From: Candidatus Bathyarchaeia archaeon
GTDB lineage: Archaea > Thermoproteota > Bathyarchaeia > Bathyarchaeales > Bathycorpusculaceae
Assembly (NCBI GenBank): GCA_049512935.1
Contig: JBEKWR010000009.1
Span: 28,036-92,035, forward strand
Length of the DNA stretch: 64,000 nt
Direction: 5' to 3'
The number at the start of each line of letters is the position of its first letter. The first letter of the stretch is position 1. A program made the translations under genes and the position numbers. This document shows positions 1 to 10,355 of the stretch, piece by piece. The notes beneath the pieces were generated by a model, which was not told the DNA's origin, searched no databases, and was given only the letters and a program-made list of their open reading frames with translations.

Positions 1-4
1 AGCG

Positions 5-499
5 CTATCTTTCTAAATCGTTTTTAATTAAGTCCCAATGGTTGAAATAATCAGAATAGTCAGTTGTTTCGTCCCTAATCTCAATTGCCTTTTGTCCTTC
101 AAAATAGAAATAGAAGCGGTAAACTCCATTCTGGCCTGTTGGTTTATTCTTAATTAGCTTCTCTAAGTCCTTGGTAGGGATTATGACAAATTTGTTTTGG
201 TAACAATCAGGCTTGCTTTTTTCAAATGTGGGCCATTGAGTTACAAACACAAAAAAATCAATTGAGTTGTTCTTGAAGTCTAGTAAATTGTTTCTGTTAA
301 TATCGGTCCAGCCGTGTCCAATTTTTCCCTTACATTCGTGGGTATGAAATTTGCTTTCGCTAGCTCGAATGAGAATATGATTTTTTCCTTTTTGCACGCC
401 GAAAACGGATCCCTTATTTGATAGAAACTGAATTCTCTTTATGTTGTCTAAAAGGGCTTTTTTGGTTATGTCTACACCCAGGTTTCCCATTTTTGACAC
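5..499 (-). CDS. Hypothetical protein, possibly restriction-endonuclease-like fold
   Basis: 164-aa ORF in AT-rich DNA; DFFVFV/FVIIP strand pattern resembles PD-(D/E)xK-like proteins (weak). Confidence 0.55.
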   Translation of the reverse strand: MSKMGNLGVDITKKALLDNIKRIQFLSNKGSVFGVQKGKNHILIRASESKFHTHECKGKIGHGWTDINRNNLLDFKNNSIDFFVFVTQWPTFEKSKPDCYQNKFVIIPTKDLEKLIKNKPTGQNGVYRFYFYFEGQKAIEIRDETTDYSDYFNHWDLIKNDLER

Positions 500-709
500 C
501 CGTGCTTGTCATGCCCATGCGATAATGTGCCTATTAAACTTACGTTTAGCATTCAATGAACGCTTAAAAGATTAAAGAAAATGATTTGGCCATAGAGCAA
601 ATATTTCAATATTTCAATTTATAGGTTCACGTTTCCGAGGTTAATTGTAGCAAAGAACACGGCGCTAAGCGGCAAGCCAGAAATGGTAGTAAGCTGCAGT
701 CACTTGGAG

Positions 710-1258
710 TTACACGAACATATCCATAAACCTGCTTAATGTTACGTACCCAATTCTAACGACCATTTGATCTCTTTCTATTTCTGGATCTTTAGCTCCA
801 TGAAAAAGGTTGTTTCTTATGCTATACCAAAACTCAACCATGTTTTCCCAATCTGTTAACGAATGCAAAACTCCGCATACTAGCGCTTTTTCGCCTGGTG
901 TCTTCTGAGTTAATTTTTCATGTGAACAATTCCAATATTCAATTTCTGACACCCTACTAGGGTTCCTTGAGACATTACCCAACGGCTTTTTATCTAATTC
1001 AAGTTTAAGCTCCTGCCAAGCTAACCTTATTATTGGGTTCTCATCAACTATTCTGAGATATCTTGATTTCAAATCTTCGTCGCTCTTTAATTTTTGAATA
1101 ACGTCCCGGTCGTGAAAAGTTGAGGCTGGGTCGGCAGGGATATACTTTATCGTTTTGAGGTACGCAATGAACGCCAAGTATTCGAAGATAAATTTTGAGA
1201 AATAGTCCTGCTCCGCTGCTTTGAGATGCCAATTCTTTATTAATTGCGAGTAATCCAA
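710..1258 (-). CDS. HEPN-like protein (putative RNase/toxin)
   Basis: C-terminal RNNLFH = R-x4-H HEPN motif in a helical protein; AT-rich. Confidence 0.6.
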   Translation of the reverse strand: MDYSQLIKNWHLKAAEQDYFSKFIFEYLAFIAYLKTIKYIPADPASTFHDRDVIQKLKSDEDLKSRYLRIVDENPIIRLAWQELKLELDKKPLGNVSRNPSRVSEIEYWNCSHEKLTQKTPGEKALVCGVLHSLTDWENMVEFWYSIRNNLFHGAKDPEIERDQMVVRIGYVTLSRFMDMFV

Positions 1259-1450
1259 ATCTATTCCCTGGTTAACTAAACCTGTTTGTTTGTATCTTAA
1301 CTTAAAACTTATGTCATTCTCTTACAATAAGGGCATTGGTTGAGCCTACCAGCGATTATCTTCTTTAAAGTTGGGGGATTGATTCTTGGCGATTAGGTAT
1401 GCGCGCGCGGAATAAATAATCTTGAATCACTCTCTATTTCAAGAACAGAG

Positions 1451-1524
1451 TGGACTGGGGGGGATTTGAACCCCCGACCTCTTGAGTGCAAGTCAAGCGT
1501 TCATACCAGCTGAACTACCAGCCC
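1451..1524 (-). tRNA. tRNA-Ala(TGC)
   Basis: Cloverleaf GGGCTGG..CCAGTCC-A with the G3:U70 Ala identity pair; anticodon arm CTTGA-CT-TGC-AC-TCAAG; GTTCAAATC T loop. Confidence 0.97.
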
Positions 1525-1666
1525 TTGATACCTTACTATAATCCCCTTTGGTTAACAATCGATGATATTTAGCTTTTGTTCGCAGAAAAAAACCGCTACG
1601 AAAAATCAACGAAAAAACAAAAAAAACAATTGAGATAAATGGGATTTCTATGGGGTAAGCTTTTGC

Positions 1667-1813
1667 TTAATATCGTCTGCTTGGTCTTGCTGGTCGTTTC
1701 TTAGCCCAGCATTCTCGGCAGTAAACTGGCCTGCTTGGGTCGGGTTTGAATGGAACTTCGCATTCTTGACCGCATTCAGAGCAAGTTGCTTTGAACATTT
1801 CTTTTCCGGACAC
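1667..1813 (-). CDS. CxxC-x17-CxxC zinc-binding small protein (48 aa, absent from ORF track)
   Basis: Hand translation MSGKEMFKATCSECGQECEVPFKPDPSRPVYCRECWAKKRPARPSRRY; GGAG upstream of the GTG. Confidence 0.9.
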   Translation of the reverse strand: MSGKEMFKATCSECGQECEVPFKPDPSRPVYCRECWAKKRPARPSRRY

Positions 1814-2077
1814 TACTTTCAACTCCTTCTATGATTTATGGTGCAAAAAGCGTTTTTGCACGACGCATTTATGCACTTCAAAGAGGAATATAAAATTTGT
1901 CTATCAGCTCCCGCGGGGGGGTGAAAAGATGTCTCGGTGCTTATCCTCGGTTTTGAAAGACAGTTGGCGAGCAAAAAAAGGCTTTGCCCAAGCACGAGGA
2001 ACGGTGCCCTCATTTCGGAGATAATTCCTCAAAAATAGTGCGCCGCGTAAACTCTGCCGTAAATGTCGAAGCCAACG

Positions 2078-2320
2078 CTACTCTGGGAGGTCTTCGGCTT
2101 CTTCTTCGCCGCCTTTGCCAGTGGGCATCTTGCCTGTGAGTTTGTACTTGCGGGCTTGGGTTGAGATAATTTCGTGTTCGAACAGTTTCCGCAGCGACCG
2201 GAAGATCTTCTTTGGGCTTTCGCCTGTTTTGTCAGTTAATTCTTGCAGGGTTAATTCTTTACCTTCAGCCTTAAGCGCGGCTACAACTTTCTCGTCGGTT
2301 TTGTTGAGTTTAACCATCAC
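2078..2320 (-). CDS. Small winged-helix DNA-binding protein
   Basis: LTLQELTDKTGESPKKIFRSLRKL HTH pattern followed by a wing; acidic tail. Confidence 0.75.
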   Translation of the reverse strand: MMVKLNKTDEKVVAALKAEGKELTLQELTDKTGESPKKIFRSLRKLFEHEIISTQARKYKLTGKMPTGKGGEEEAEDLPE

Positions 2321-2516
2321 GTTTGCCTCATGCTTTTCTGCTTGTTATGGCAACATAGGCTTTTCAATTTTACGGTTAAAAAGGCACATAGAATAGGAAA
2401 AACGGGTTGGCTCTCTGCGTTCTTTATGGTTTTGGCGCTGCGATGCATCTGTTTTTCATGAAAAATGTGTGTGCTTCAAAACCGCAAAATTACAAAAGAA
2501 ACAGCAGGGATGCACC

Positions 2517-4361
2517 TCATCTTTTCTGCGATTTCAAGAAACCGCCGTTTCTTTTCTTGAGGGCTAGCATTGTTGTCATGGCGCCTACGCATACGGCAGC
2601 TATCGCCACTATGGAGTAGGACAGCGTTGGAAAAGTGCTCAGGGTGGGCGGAGAGGTCGAAGAAGGAGTAGGAGGAGTGGAGTGTTGGGGTTGACTTGTC
2701 GGATGAGGTGTAGGTGTCGGCGTTGAAGTGGTGGACGCTTTGGGTGTAGGAGTTGGCTGGCTTGGATTAGTTGGTGGAGTTATGTCTGATGGTGGCGTGT
2801 AGCCTAACGGAGGCAAAACCGCTAATGTAGCAGGCTGCAGGCTTAGCGGTTCTAAGCTTGAAATTTCCGTCACCGAAACTATGCTGTTCCAATCGTTTGA
2901 GAACTGAACTTGGTACACTCCGCTTAACGGAAAGTTCTCAGTGACTTCTTGCCCGCCGAACATGAAGCCTAAAGTTCCCGCGTTAACTGGGATTCTGATG
3001 GTTCGGTTTTGGTAATTGAATTGCCACTGGTTTACTGGAAAGCAGGTTTGATAGTCTTCGTATAGCTCGTTGCTCATGTTGACGGCTAAACTTCCCGTGT
3101 GCGGCACTATTCCGTAGAGAAATAGAATCATAGCTCCGAGAAGTGAAGCGTCATCGGAATAAGTGTTGGGCGAGCTATCGGATGGGCTGTCGGCTGTAAA
3201 CTGGAACTGACCGTTGCTGTACACGCTGCTGCCAATTAGCCCCTGCCAAGCCTGAGGAAGCATAGTTTGCCAATTTGCTTGATTACCAGAAGTGAAGTTT
3301 TGATAAAAGGTTTGTAGACAACTCAAGGCAGCAAGAGTTTCTTCCAAGCGAAGTTGAGGGTTACCATCTGCGTGCTGAAGGACTCCGACGTTGCCGCCCC
3401 ACCCGCCAGAAGCCCACCCGTTAACCAAAAGCTTATCCTGCAGGTCACTTATTACTCGATCAAAATATGGAAGCGCCCCCAGATAATTCTGGTATTCAGC
3501 TATTAACATTGCAAAGTTCCCCATTTCACACTCAACTGTGCCATCTGGCGCCTGATACCCGTAGACGCCTAAGCCCCAATGGCTTTGTACGTTATTCCAC
3601 ACGTCATCCATAAAGTTGGTAACCGTCACGTTCACGCTGTCAGCGTAGCCGTAGTCATTCATCATGCTATTCTCAAAGGAATCTGTGGCTGCATTCCAAG
3701 GTCCGCTGCTTAAGTCAATCGTGTAGTTTAAGCTTAACCCGTTTAGAGCAAACTCCAAGAAAACCCCAAGAGTTTCCGCGTACTCATCGAAGTACCGTCC
3801 GTAATCGATAGGCGGTTGAGTAAGCGCCAGCATTGCACCGTCTGTTCCGTCTTGAGCGCGACTAGCAAGGTAAGCGTCTGCAAACTGGCAGAAAGCATCC
3901 GTTATGTTCCACCCTGGAACACCGAGTTCCTCCGCGTAGCGGTAAGCGTTAATCATGTACCTGTCATAAACGGAGTAAACAAGCCACGTTGGAAGCGACG
4001 CGGGTAAAGCGTCATCCATCAACTGGTTCTGCAACGCAAGCTTAACGCTACTATTAATTACCTGTGAATTGTACCCGTTCAACTCTGCCAGCCTTGCAAC
4101 CCAAATGGCGTCTTGCCAATCGCTCTGGCTTACAGCCCTTTGAATCAGCGTGTCAAATATGCTTTGGTTGGTGAGACCGAATATTTGACTGTAAATGCTG
4201 CCCCATTCAGGAGACACGTTGTTGAGGTTGATGCCGCTTAAGACATTGTTGATTGTGTCCGCTAAAGTCGTCTGCGTTTGTGCATGCGAAGGAAAACACA
4301 GGTAAAACGTTGAGCTGAGCAAGACGACAAGTAACAGCACAAAAACTTTCTTTGGCTTCAT
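2517..4361 (-). CDS. Secreted, C-terminally anchored protein with Pro/Thr linker (possible carbohydrate-active enzyme)
   Basis: Signal peptide; aromatic/acidic core; PTPTP linker; TM helix followed by KKR. Confidence 0.8.
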   Translation of the reverse strand: MKPKKVFVLLLVVLLSSTFYLCFPSHAQTQTTLADTINNVLSGINLNNVSPEWGSIYSQIFGLTNQSIFDTLIQRAVSQSDWQDAIWVARLAELNGYNSQVINSSVKLALQNQLMDDALPASLPTWLVYSVYDRYMINAYRYAEELGVPGWNITDAFCQFADAYLASRAQDGTDGAMLALTQPPIDYGRYFDEYAETLGVFLEFALNGLSLNYTIDLSSGPWNAATDSFENSMMNDYGYADSVNVTVTNFMDDVWNNVQSHWGLGVYGYQAPDGTVECEMGNFAMLIAEYQNYLGALPYFDRVISDLQDKLLVNGWASGGWGGNVGVLQHADGNPQLRLEETLAALSCLQTFYQNFTSGNQANWQTMLPQAWQGLIGSSVYSNGQFQFTADSPSDSSPNTYSDDASLLGAMILFLYGIVPHTGSLAVNMSNELYEDYQTCFPVNQWQFNYQNRTIRIPVNAGTLGFMFGGQEVTENFPLSGVYQVQFSNDWNSIVSVTEISSLEPLSLQPATLAVLPPLGYTPPSDITPPTNPSQPTPTPKASTTSTPTPTPHPTSQPQHSTPPTPSSTSPPTLSTFPTLSYSIVAIAAVCVGAMTTMLALKKRNGGFLKSQKR

Positions 4362-4617
4362 TTCACCTTCGAACTTTCCTTAGGCAATAATCAACGGCGT
4401 ACCCATAAAAAATTTGCCCAAAAAAAACCAAAGGCAAATTCCAAACGGCTAAACGCACTGCTTTTTGTGGATCTCTTAGCCATCAAATTTTAACGAATCT
4501 TCTTGTTACCGCCAGCACGAAAACGTGGCGGCATACAGCGCTGCGATTATTTTTTAAACCTGCAAAGCCCTTCGGTTAATCAATGCTGTTTCCAAAGATG
4601 CGTTAGGAGAGAAACTC

Positions 4618-5658
4618 ATGCTGCCGAGTGGAAAACTCAGTTTTGTGGTTGTAGGAGCGGGAGCTATCGGTTTGAGTGTGACGGGTTGGGTCGCGCCTAA
4701 GCATGACGGCTTATTCTTGCTTGCACGTGGAGAAAGCGCGAAAGTGATTAGGAATAAAGGATTAAAGTTCTACGTTAAAGGCCAAGAAGCCAGCGCTGCA
4801 CCCGTAGCCGTGAAAACCATTGAATCGTTGAGTGAGGTTTCGGCTCCAGCCATAGTTGTCATCGCCGTGAAAAACTACGACCTTGAGGCGACGGCAGCCA
4901 TGCTTCGGGAGCAACTTGGGTCTCACCAACCCATCATCGTTGCCTTACAGAATGGTGTTGAAAACCAGAAGATCCTTCCCAAGTATTTTGAAAAGATCGT
5001 CTACGGGGTGGTATGTTTCAACGCGTGGCGAGATGCGCCCGGCATGGTGGGACACCAAAAACAGGGATACATCATTCTTGGCACGCCAAAGAACGACCTT
5101 CAAACAGAACAGCGACAGGTCGCAGATATCCTGCGATTAGGGTTAGAATGCAGCCCTACCGACCGCCTCGAAGATGCAGTTCATTGCAAATTGGCTGTCA
5201 ATCTGACAAACGCGTTGACCGCTCTTGTATGCTCCAAATGCAGACCCACGGGATCCCTCGGCGCCCTTGACCACATGACTGCAAGGCTAATCTGGGAAGG
5301 AATCCAAGTCGTCAAGGCAAACGGGTTCAAGGAGCACGAGCTCGGCACCATCCCATCGTGGAAAACGTTTCGAACAAGCGCTGCGCTTCCAGCATTCGTC
5401 ACAGGGATCCTTTACAGGTTCGTTGTGCGGGAAGAACTCGGTCTGAATAGCACCGCTCAGGACCTGGCATCGGGCAAAACCACCACTGAACTAGAATCTT
5501 TAAACGGATACATGCTTTCACTCGCCCAAAAAGCAGGGATTCCAATGCCAATTAACCGCGCTGTCTATGAATTAGCCAAAGAACGTTTTGGCCCTGACTT
5601 TCAACCGATGCCGGAAGCTGAGTTGCTGGAGTCTATCAGGAAACGCATTAAGAAGTAG
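4618..5658 (+). CDS. panE: Ketopantoate reductase family protein
   Basis: GAGAIG Rossmann motif, AVKNYD, LQNG, KLAVN, ELESLNG. Confidence 0.85.
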   Translation: MLPSGKLSFVVVGAGAIGLSVTGWVAPKHDGLFLLARGESAKVIRNKGLKFYVKGQEASAAPVAVKTIESLSEVSAPAIVVIAVKNYDLEATAAMLREQLGSHQPIIVALQNGVENQKILPKYFEKIVYGVVCFNAWRDAPGMVGHQKQGYIILGTPKNDLQTEQRQVADILRLGLECSPTDRLEDAVHCKLAVNLTNALTALVCSKCRPTGSLGALDHMTARLIWEGIQVVKANGFKEHELGTIPSWKTFRTSAALPAFVTGILYRFVVREELGLNSTAQDLASGKTTTELESLNGYMLSLAQKAGIPMPINRAVYELAKERFGPDFQPMPEAELLESIRKRIKK

Positions 5659-5759
5659 ACTGACTTGGCGCGCAAGCCCGCGGCAAAAGAAGTTCTAAAC
5701 CTTGTGGAAGAACACGGGTAAATATGGGAGAATACAGCGCTGTTTTAGTTTTTGGCTGT

Positions 5760-6263
5760 TTAGCTTATTTTCTCTGTTGGCTCTTGGAACAGCTTCTTGA
5801 TCGCGCTGATTCTTGCTTTCTGAGCCAAAACGTCGCTGGTAACCAAGGTTAATGCTTCTTCAGGGCACCATTTAACGCATTGGGGCCCGTCGGCTTTGTC
5901 TCTGCAGAGGTCGCAGACGTAGACCACTTTGGTTTCTGGATGCAACATTATGGCGCCGTAGTCGCATGCTTCGATGCACCAGCCGCAGCCGTTGCATTTG
6001 TCTTTGTCCAAAACTATATTGCCGGTGTCCGCTGACTGTGAGAGTGCATCACGCGGGCAAGCTGCTACGCAGGCTGGATCTTCGCAGAGTCTGCACGTGA
6101 CTGACATGTTAGCCACTTGGTTAACGCGGACAACACGTATGCGCGATTTGAGTGGGTTGAAGGCTTTTTCCTTAGTGAATGAGCAGGCATACTCGCAGAT
6201 TTGGCAGCCTACGCATTTTTCCGGGTCAACTGAAACGAATTTTCTCTCGTGGATTTTAACCAT
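5760..6263 (-). CDS. 4Fe-4S dicluster protein (AOR partner)
   Basis: Four Cys-cluster motifs (CVGCQICEYAC, CRLC..CVAACP, CNGCGWCIEAC, CDLC..CVKWCP). Confidence 0.9.
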   Translation of the reverse strand: MVKIHERKFVSVDPEKCVGCQICEYACSFTKEKAFNPLKSRIRVVRVNQVANMSVTCRLCEDPACVAACPRDALSQSADTGNIVLDKDKCNGCGWCIEACDYGAIMLHPETKVVYVCDLCRDKADGPQCVKWCPEEALTLVTSDVLAQKARISAIKKLFQEPTEKIS

Positions 6264-6265
6264 TT

Positions 6266-8122
6266 CTAATCCCCTTTTCCTTCAATTATACTTGATAAAT
6301 CTTCCAGCCCGAGCTTGTCGAGCAGAGCCTTCGTGGGCACTCCGCCTTGCGTGTAGCCGCGTGCCAAGTAATAATCATCCAGCATCAGGTCAAGCTCAGC
6401 TTGAGTTACCACCGCGCCTTTTGACGGCCCGTCGTCGGGGACTGGTTGGTTCATGACTTTCCAGGGTAACGTGTCGTCTTTGCGGCTTAATCCTTCGCGG
6501 ATGTTGATTAGCCGCGCAAGAGTGTTTATCCGTTCGCCCGCAAGACCTAATTCTTCAGGCGTCATCTCGTAACCAGTAACTAAAGTGTAGAGTTTCGCCA
6601 TGTCAGGCAACTCCTTGTAAAGGGTGCCTCTGGAGTTCTTGCAGATGATCAGCGAATCGATTAACGCGTAAACATCTTCGGAGTCCTTGACCAGTTTGCC
6701 TCTGCCCTTTTCAGCTTTGAAGCGGTCAACTTTACCCGATATGTCAAACGCGTATGCGCCGCTTCGGTTATGGTCAGCCCCGCGGAAGGAAACGGCGAAC
6801 CCTAAGGCTGCTGTTTTGAGGCATCGTAAATCGTAGCCTGTGACTTCTAGACCCTTGATGTTTTGCGCAAGTTTTTCTGAGTCTTTGTCGATTTTCTGTG
6901 ATGCTGCTTTAACGCCGTCTGCAAGGATGTTGCCAATCCCCTCTCGGTTGCCGATTTTCTCTATAAGCTGAATGACCGCTTCTGAGTTGCCGAAGTGAGC
7001 GTCTATTCCGCCGAGTTCCTCATGTGACAAGATGCCCTTTTCGTGGCAGTCCATCACGAAGCTGACGGTCACGCCCGCGCTTTGCGCGTCTAACCCGTAG
7101 TAGTTGCAGAGTTCAGCAGCTTTGATTATCGCGTCAAGCCTGTCAACGCCGCAGTTCGGACCAAGCGCCCAGATATTGTCGTACTCCATCCGAGCCATTA
7201 TTCCCTTGTAGGGTCCGTCACGGACCACCGCTTCGTGTTCGCATCGCATGGCGCACGAGTTGCACGCGATTATTTTCGCGACGTACCGTTCGTTGAGGAC
7301 TTCGCCGCTTACTTTTCCCGCGTGCTCAAAATAAGAGTTAGTGTAGTTGCGTGTAGGCATGCAGTACAGTGCGTTTTGAATCATGACGTTTTCCGCTGAC
7401 CCTAAAGTTCGATACTTCTGCGCTGCGGGTCCCTTCATTCTCTCATGAAACTCTTTCACTAATTCGATGAATTCTTCCGGCTTCGCAACGACAATATCGT
7501 TGGTTCCTCGGACGGCGATGGCTTTGAGGTTCTTTGACCCCATGACTGCGCCGAGCCCTGTTCTTCCAGCTGCCCGAGTTTTCTCGTTGATTATGTTAGC
7601 GATTTTGGATTGCTTTTCGCCTGCTAACCCGATAGACGCCACACGCACGTAGTAGTCGCCGATCTCTTCTTTAATCGCGTCTTCGGTTTCGGAGGGAGAT
7701 TTGCCCCAAATTTTTTCCGCGTCAAGCAACTGGACTGAATCATCGTCAATCCATAAGTAAACAGGTCTTTCTGCTTTTCCAGCTAGAATTATGGCGTCGT
7801 AGCCAGCTCTTTTCATTTCTGCTCCAAACGTTCCGTGGCTCACTGCTTCGCCGACGCCGCCCGTTGCAGGTGATTTTGATATGAAGGCGTGTCCGTTTCC
7901 GCCTGTTGGAAACATTGTTCCCGAGACTGGGCCGACTGCTAGAACTAATGGGTTTTCAGGGCTTAACGGGTCAACGCCCGGTTTCGAGTTGGCGAGCCAA
8001 AGTTTCATGCCTAAACCTATGCCGCCCACGTATTTTTTAGCTGTTTCCTCGTCTAGTTTCTCCACAGTTGTCTTGCCTGTAGATAAGTTAACGCGCAGAA
8101 TTTTCCCTGCATAACCGAGCAA
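6266..8122 (-). CDS. aor: Tungsten aldehyde:ferredoxin oxidoreductase family
   Basis: GYAGKILRVNL, KSPATG, GRTGLGAVMGSKNLKAI, CxxCxxxC. Confidence 0.93.
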   Translation of the reverse strand: MLGYAGKILRVNLSTGKTTVEKLDEETAKKYVGGIGLGMKLWLANSKPGVDPLSPENPLVLAVGPVSGTMFPTGGNGHAFISKSPATGGVGEAVSHGTFGAEMKRAGYDAIILAGKAERPVYLWIDDDSVQLLDAEKIWGKSPSETEDAIKEEIGDYYVRVASIGLAGEKQSKIANIINEKTRAAGRTGLGAVMGSKNLKAIAVRGTNDIVVAKPEEFIELVKEFHERMKGPAAQKYRTLGSAENVMIQNALYCMPTRNYTNSYFEHAGKVSGEVLNERYVAKIIACNSCAMRCEHEAVVRDGPYKGIMARMEYDNIWALGPNCGVDRLDAIIKAAELCNYYGLDAQSAGVTVSFVMDCHEKGILSHEELGGIDAHFGNSEAVIQLIEKIGNREGIGNILADGVKAASQKIDKDSEKLAQNIKGLEVTGYDLRCLKTAALGFAVSFRGADHNRSGAYAFDISGKVDRFKAEKGRGKLVKDSEDVYALIDSLIICKNSRGTLYKELPDMAKLYTLVTGYEMTPEELGLAGERINTLARLINIREGLSRKDDTLPWKVMNQPVPDDGPSKGAVVTQAELDLMLDDYYLARGYTQGGVPTKALLDKLGLEDLSSIIEGKGD

Positions 8123-8379
8123 ACCCTGTTCCTCCAGTTAATTTTGGAATTATTAGTTGGTCAAACAGTATATTAAGTTAATGGGTTTCACTTTTGAAAT
8201 TCATGGCTGAAATGGGATCAAATGCGAAAAACCAGAACAGCCAAGTCGATTTTATTCTTCCAGTTTCTTTGCGATGAATCATCTTTCATATCGCTTTCTT
8301 GCACTGATTAAGTGGAGCGGAGGCAGAAAATTAATATCCCACGCATGTGCACTGATTTAGGAAACGTTGGTGTAAACTA

Positions 8380-8595
8380 ATGAGTTTTGGCACATCAAAA
8401 GTGTTCAGCGGAGTTCAAGAAGCCTTCATCCTGGCGTTGATGCTTGTGTCTGTTTTTGCGATTTTGTACCTTGACATGAGCGTCATGTACAAGGTGGGCA
8501 TCGCGGCTATGGTGTTTTCAGTCATATTTTTGATGACTTTGGCAACCCAGATTCTGCGGGAACAAAAAGAGACACGCAAACAGCAACAAGCCTAA
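8380..8595 (+). CDS. Small 2-TM membrane protein
   Basis: Two hydrophobic helices; GGTG upstream of the ATG. Confidence 0.7.
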   Translation: MSFGTSKVFSGVQEAFILALMLVSVFAILYLDMSVMYKVGIAAMVFSVIFLMTLATQILREQKETRKQQQA

Positions 8596-8714
8596 GCTTT
8601 TTGCGTTTTTCACTTTCAGTCTACCCTCCCCTGCGCCTAGAGGTCGTTACAGCGATGCTTTAAAAAGGGTTAAACGCCGAAGTTGCCCTCGTTGAAAAGG
8701 AGCGCAAAAGTGGA

Positions 8715-9434
8715 ATGACTCAAAATTTAATGGCGAAGCCTGCGATGGCGCAGCCGCTGTTTTCTTTGAACATGCCTGGTGTAGATGAGCTTTTTCCAGG
8801 ATTTGCTCCAGGAGACTTCGCGGTTCTTTACGGGTCACCATCAGTTATTTCGCTGACTTCTCTGCTTTGCATCCGAGCGCAGTTGCCAGCGCAGCTTGGC
8901 GGCTTAGGAAGCAACGTTGTCTTTATCGACGGCGGAAACACGTTTAGACTGTACAAGATTGCCCGTTTAGCCCAGCTTCACCAGCTTAACCCGCGGGAAG
9001 TGCTTGAACGCATCTTTATTTCAAGAGCATTCACCGCCTACCAGTTGACCTCTCTTATACTTGACAAACTTGAAGAAACCGTAAAACAATACGATGCTAA
9101 ACTCGTAGTGATTTCCGACATCGCTGGGTTCTTCTTAGACAACGACGTCGCACATGAAGAAGCACAGAAGATTTACAGCCAAATCGTCAGTTACCTCTCC
9201 AGTTTTGCACGAAAACACCAAATAGTCGTCGTCGCAACTTACCTCCCCTACTCTGACAGCCGAAGAAACATTTTACTTCAGGAAATAACCTGCGCCAAAG
9301 CCAACACCGTCTTATCCTTCAGCAAAACCATGTACACGCGGGAGATAAACTTGGAGAAGCACCCATCCTTCATGCTGGGCACGGCTGAACTTCCATCTGA
9401 AAACCTGACATTAACCGACTTTATGGGTGCCTGA
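8715..9434 (+). CDS. Inactive RadA/Rad51-like RecA-fold protein
   Basis: GVDELFPG, VFIDGGNTF, ISRAFTAYQ; Walker A degenerate (GSPSVISL). Confidence 0.8.
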   Translation: MTQNLMAKPAMAQPLFSLNMPGVDELFPGFAPGDFAVLYGSPSVISLTSLLCIRAQLPAQLGGLGSNVVFIDGGNTFRLYKIARLAQLHQLNPREVLERIFISRAFTAYQLTSLILDKLEETVKQYDAKLVVISDIAGFFLDNDVAHEEAQKIYSQIVSYLSSFARKHQIVVVATYLPYSDSRRNILLQEITCAKANTVLSFSKTMYTREINLEKHPSFMLGTAELPSENLTLTDFMGA

Positions 9435-9465
9435 CAAAAAGAGACGCTTCCGCGCTTAAGGGCAA

Positions 9466-9603
9466 TCAGTTGTTGAGGCTGTCGAACATGTCTTGAGTAG
9501 CTGACTCCGGAAGCTTAAGCTGTAACTTTTCAACTTGAGAGAACAAGAAACTGTAGAATTCATTCGCCATATCCATTCGGCTTCTTGCGTCTTTCGGCTT
9601 CAT
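9466..9603 (-). CDS. Putative small protein (45 aa)
   Basis: MKPKDARSRMDMANEFYSFLFSQVEKLQLKLPESATQDMFDSLNN; purine-rich RBS-like and CTTAAA TATA-like sequences upstream. Confidence 0.4.
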   Translation of the reverse strand: MKPKDARSRMDMANEFYSFLFSQVEKLQLKLPESATQDMFDSLNN

Positions 9604-9746
9604 CAGTTCCACGTCCTTTTCTCTTCTCTATTGTTGAGTTTAAGAATTTTATCCTCAAGATTTGCCTGTTTGCTACATCGATGCCTCTTGCTGCGTTCAA
9701 CGCTTTGTGCTTAAGTTTGTCAGCGTTCAAATAGTGCTTCTGCATA

Positions 9747-10310
9747 ATGGGAGGGAGAGGCACAAAAATGGCTTCATGGGGAGAACACATCGCCTGGAGA
9801 TTTTTCGGAATAATGAGAAAGCTGCAGCTTACAAGGATGCTTCGTTTCGGAACCTCAACCCAGATGTTCCTGGATTACTTTAGGGGATTCGAAAATTCCC
9901 AGGCTGTACGCGGCATTTTCGGTGACAAGACCGATGAGGTGCTCAGAAACTTGAAGGTGGAGTTCATGTGGTTCGGGTACATGGGTGTGAACGACGAGGA
10001 CGGGCACTTGATGGTTAACAAGCGATATTTGAGCGACGGCGACAAAGTAGACATCTACCTTGATGTCGTTCATGAACTGTGCCACGTTAAGCAGCATCTG
10101 GAAGGCAGAGAACTGTTCAGCCCAGAATACGATTACGTGGACAGACCGACCGAGGTGGAGGCCTACCGTTATGCGGTGATTGAGGCTCAGCGGTTAGGAT
10201 TAAGCGATGAACGAATCCTCAATTACCTGCGGACTGAATGGATGAGCGACGAGGATTTGAAGAGGCTTGTCAAGAACATAGGAATCGATCTTCACGTCGC
10301 TGAGAACTAG
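9747..10310 (+). CDS. HExxH zincin-like protein (true start probably further downstream)
   Basis: VVHELCH with downstream EVEA third-ligand motif. Confidence 0.75.
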   Translation: MGGRGTKMASWGEHIAWRFFGIMRKLQLTRMLRFGTSTQMFLDYFRGFENSQAVRGIFGDKTDEVLRNLKVEFMWFGYMGVNDEDGHLMVNKRYLSDGDKVDIYLDVVHELCHVKQHLEGRELFSPEYDYVDRPTEVEAYRYAVIEAQRLGLSDERILNYLRTEWMSDEDLKRLVKNIGIDLHVAEN

Positions 10311-10355
10311 GAAAGAGGGATGGCTTACCAAGAAAAAACTGTTGAAAAAAGGGTT

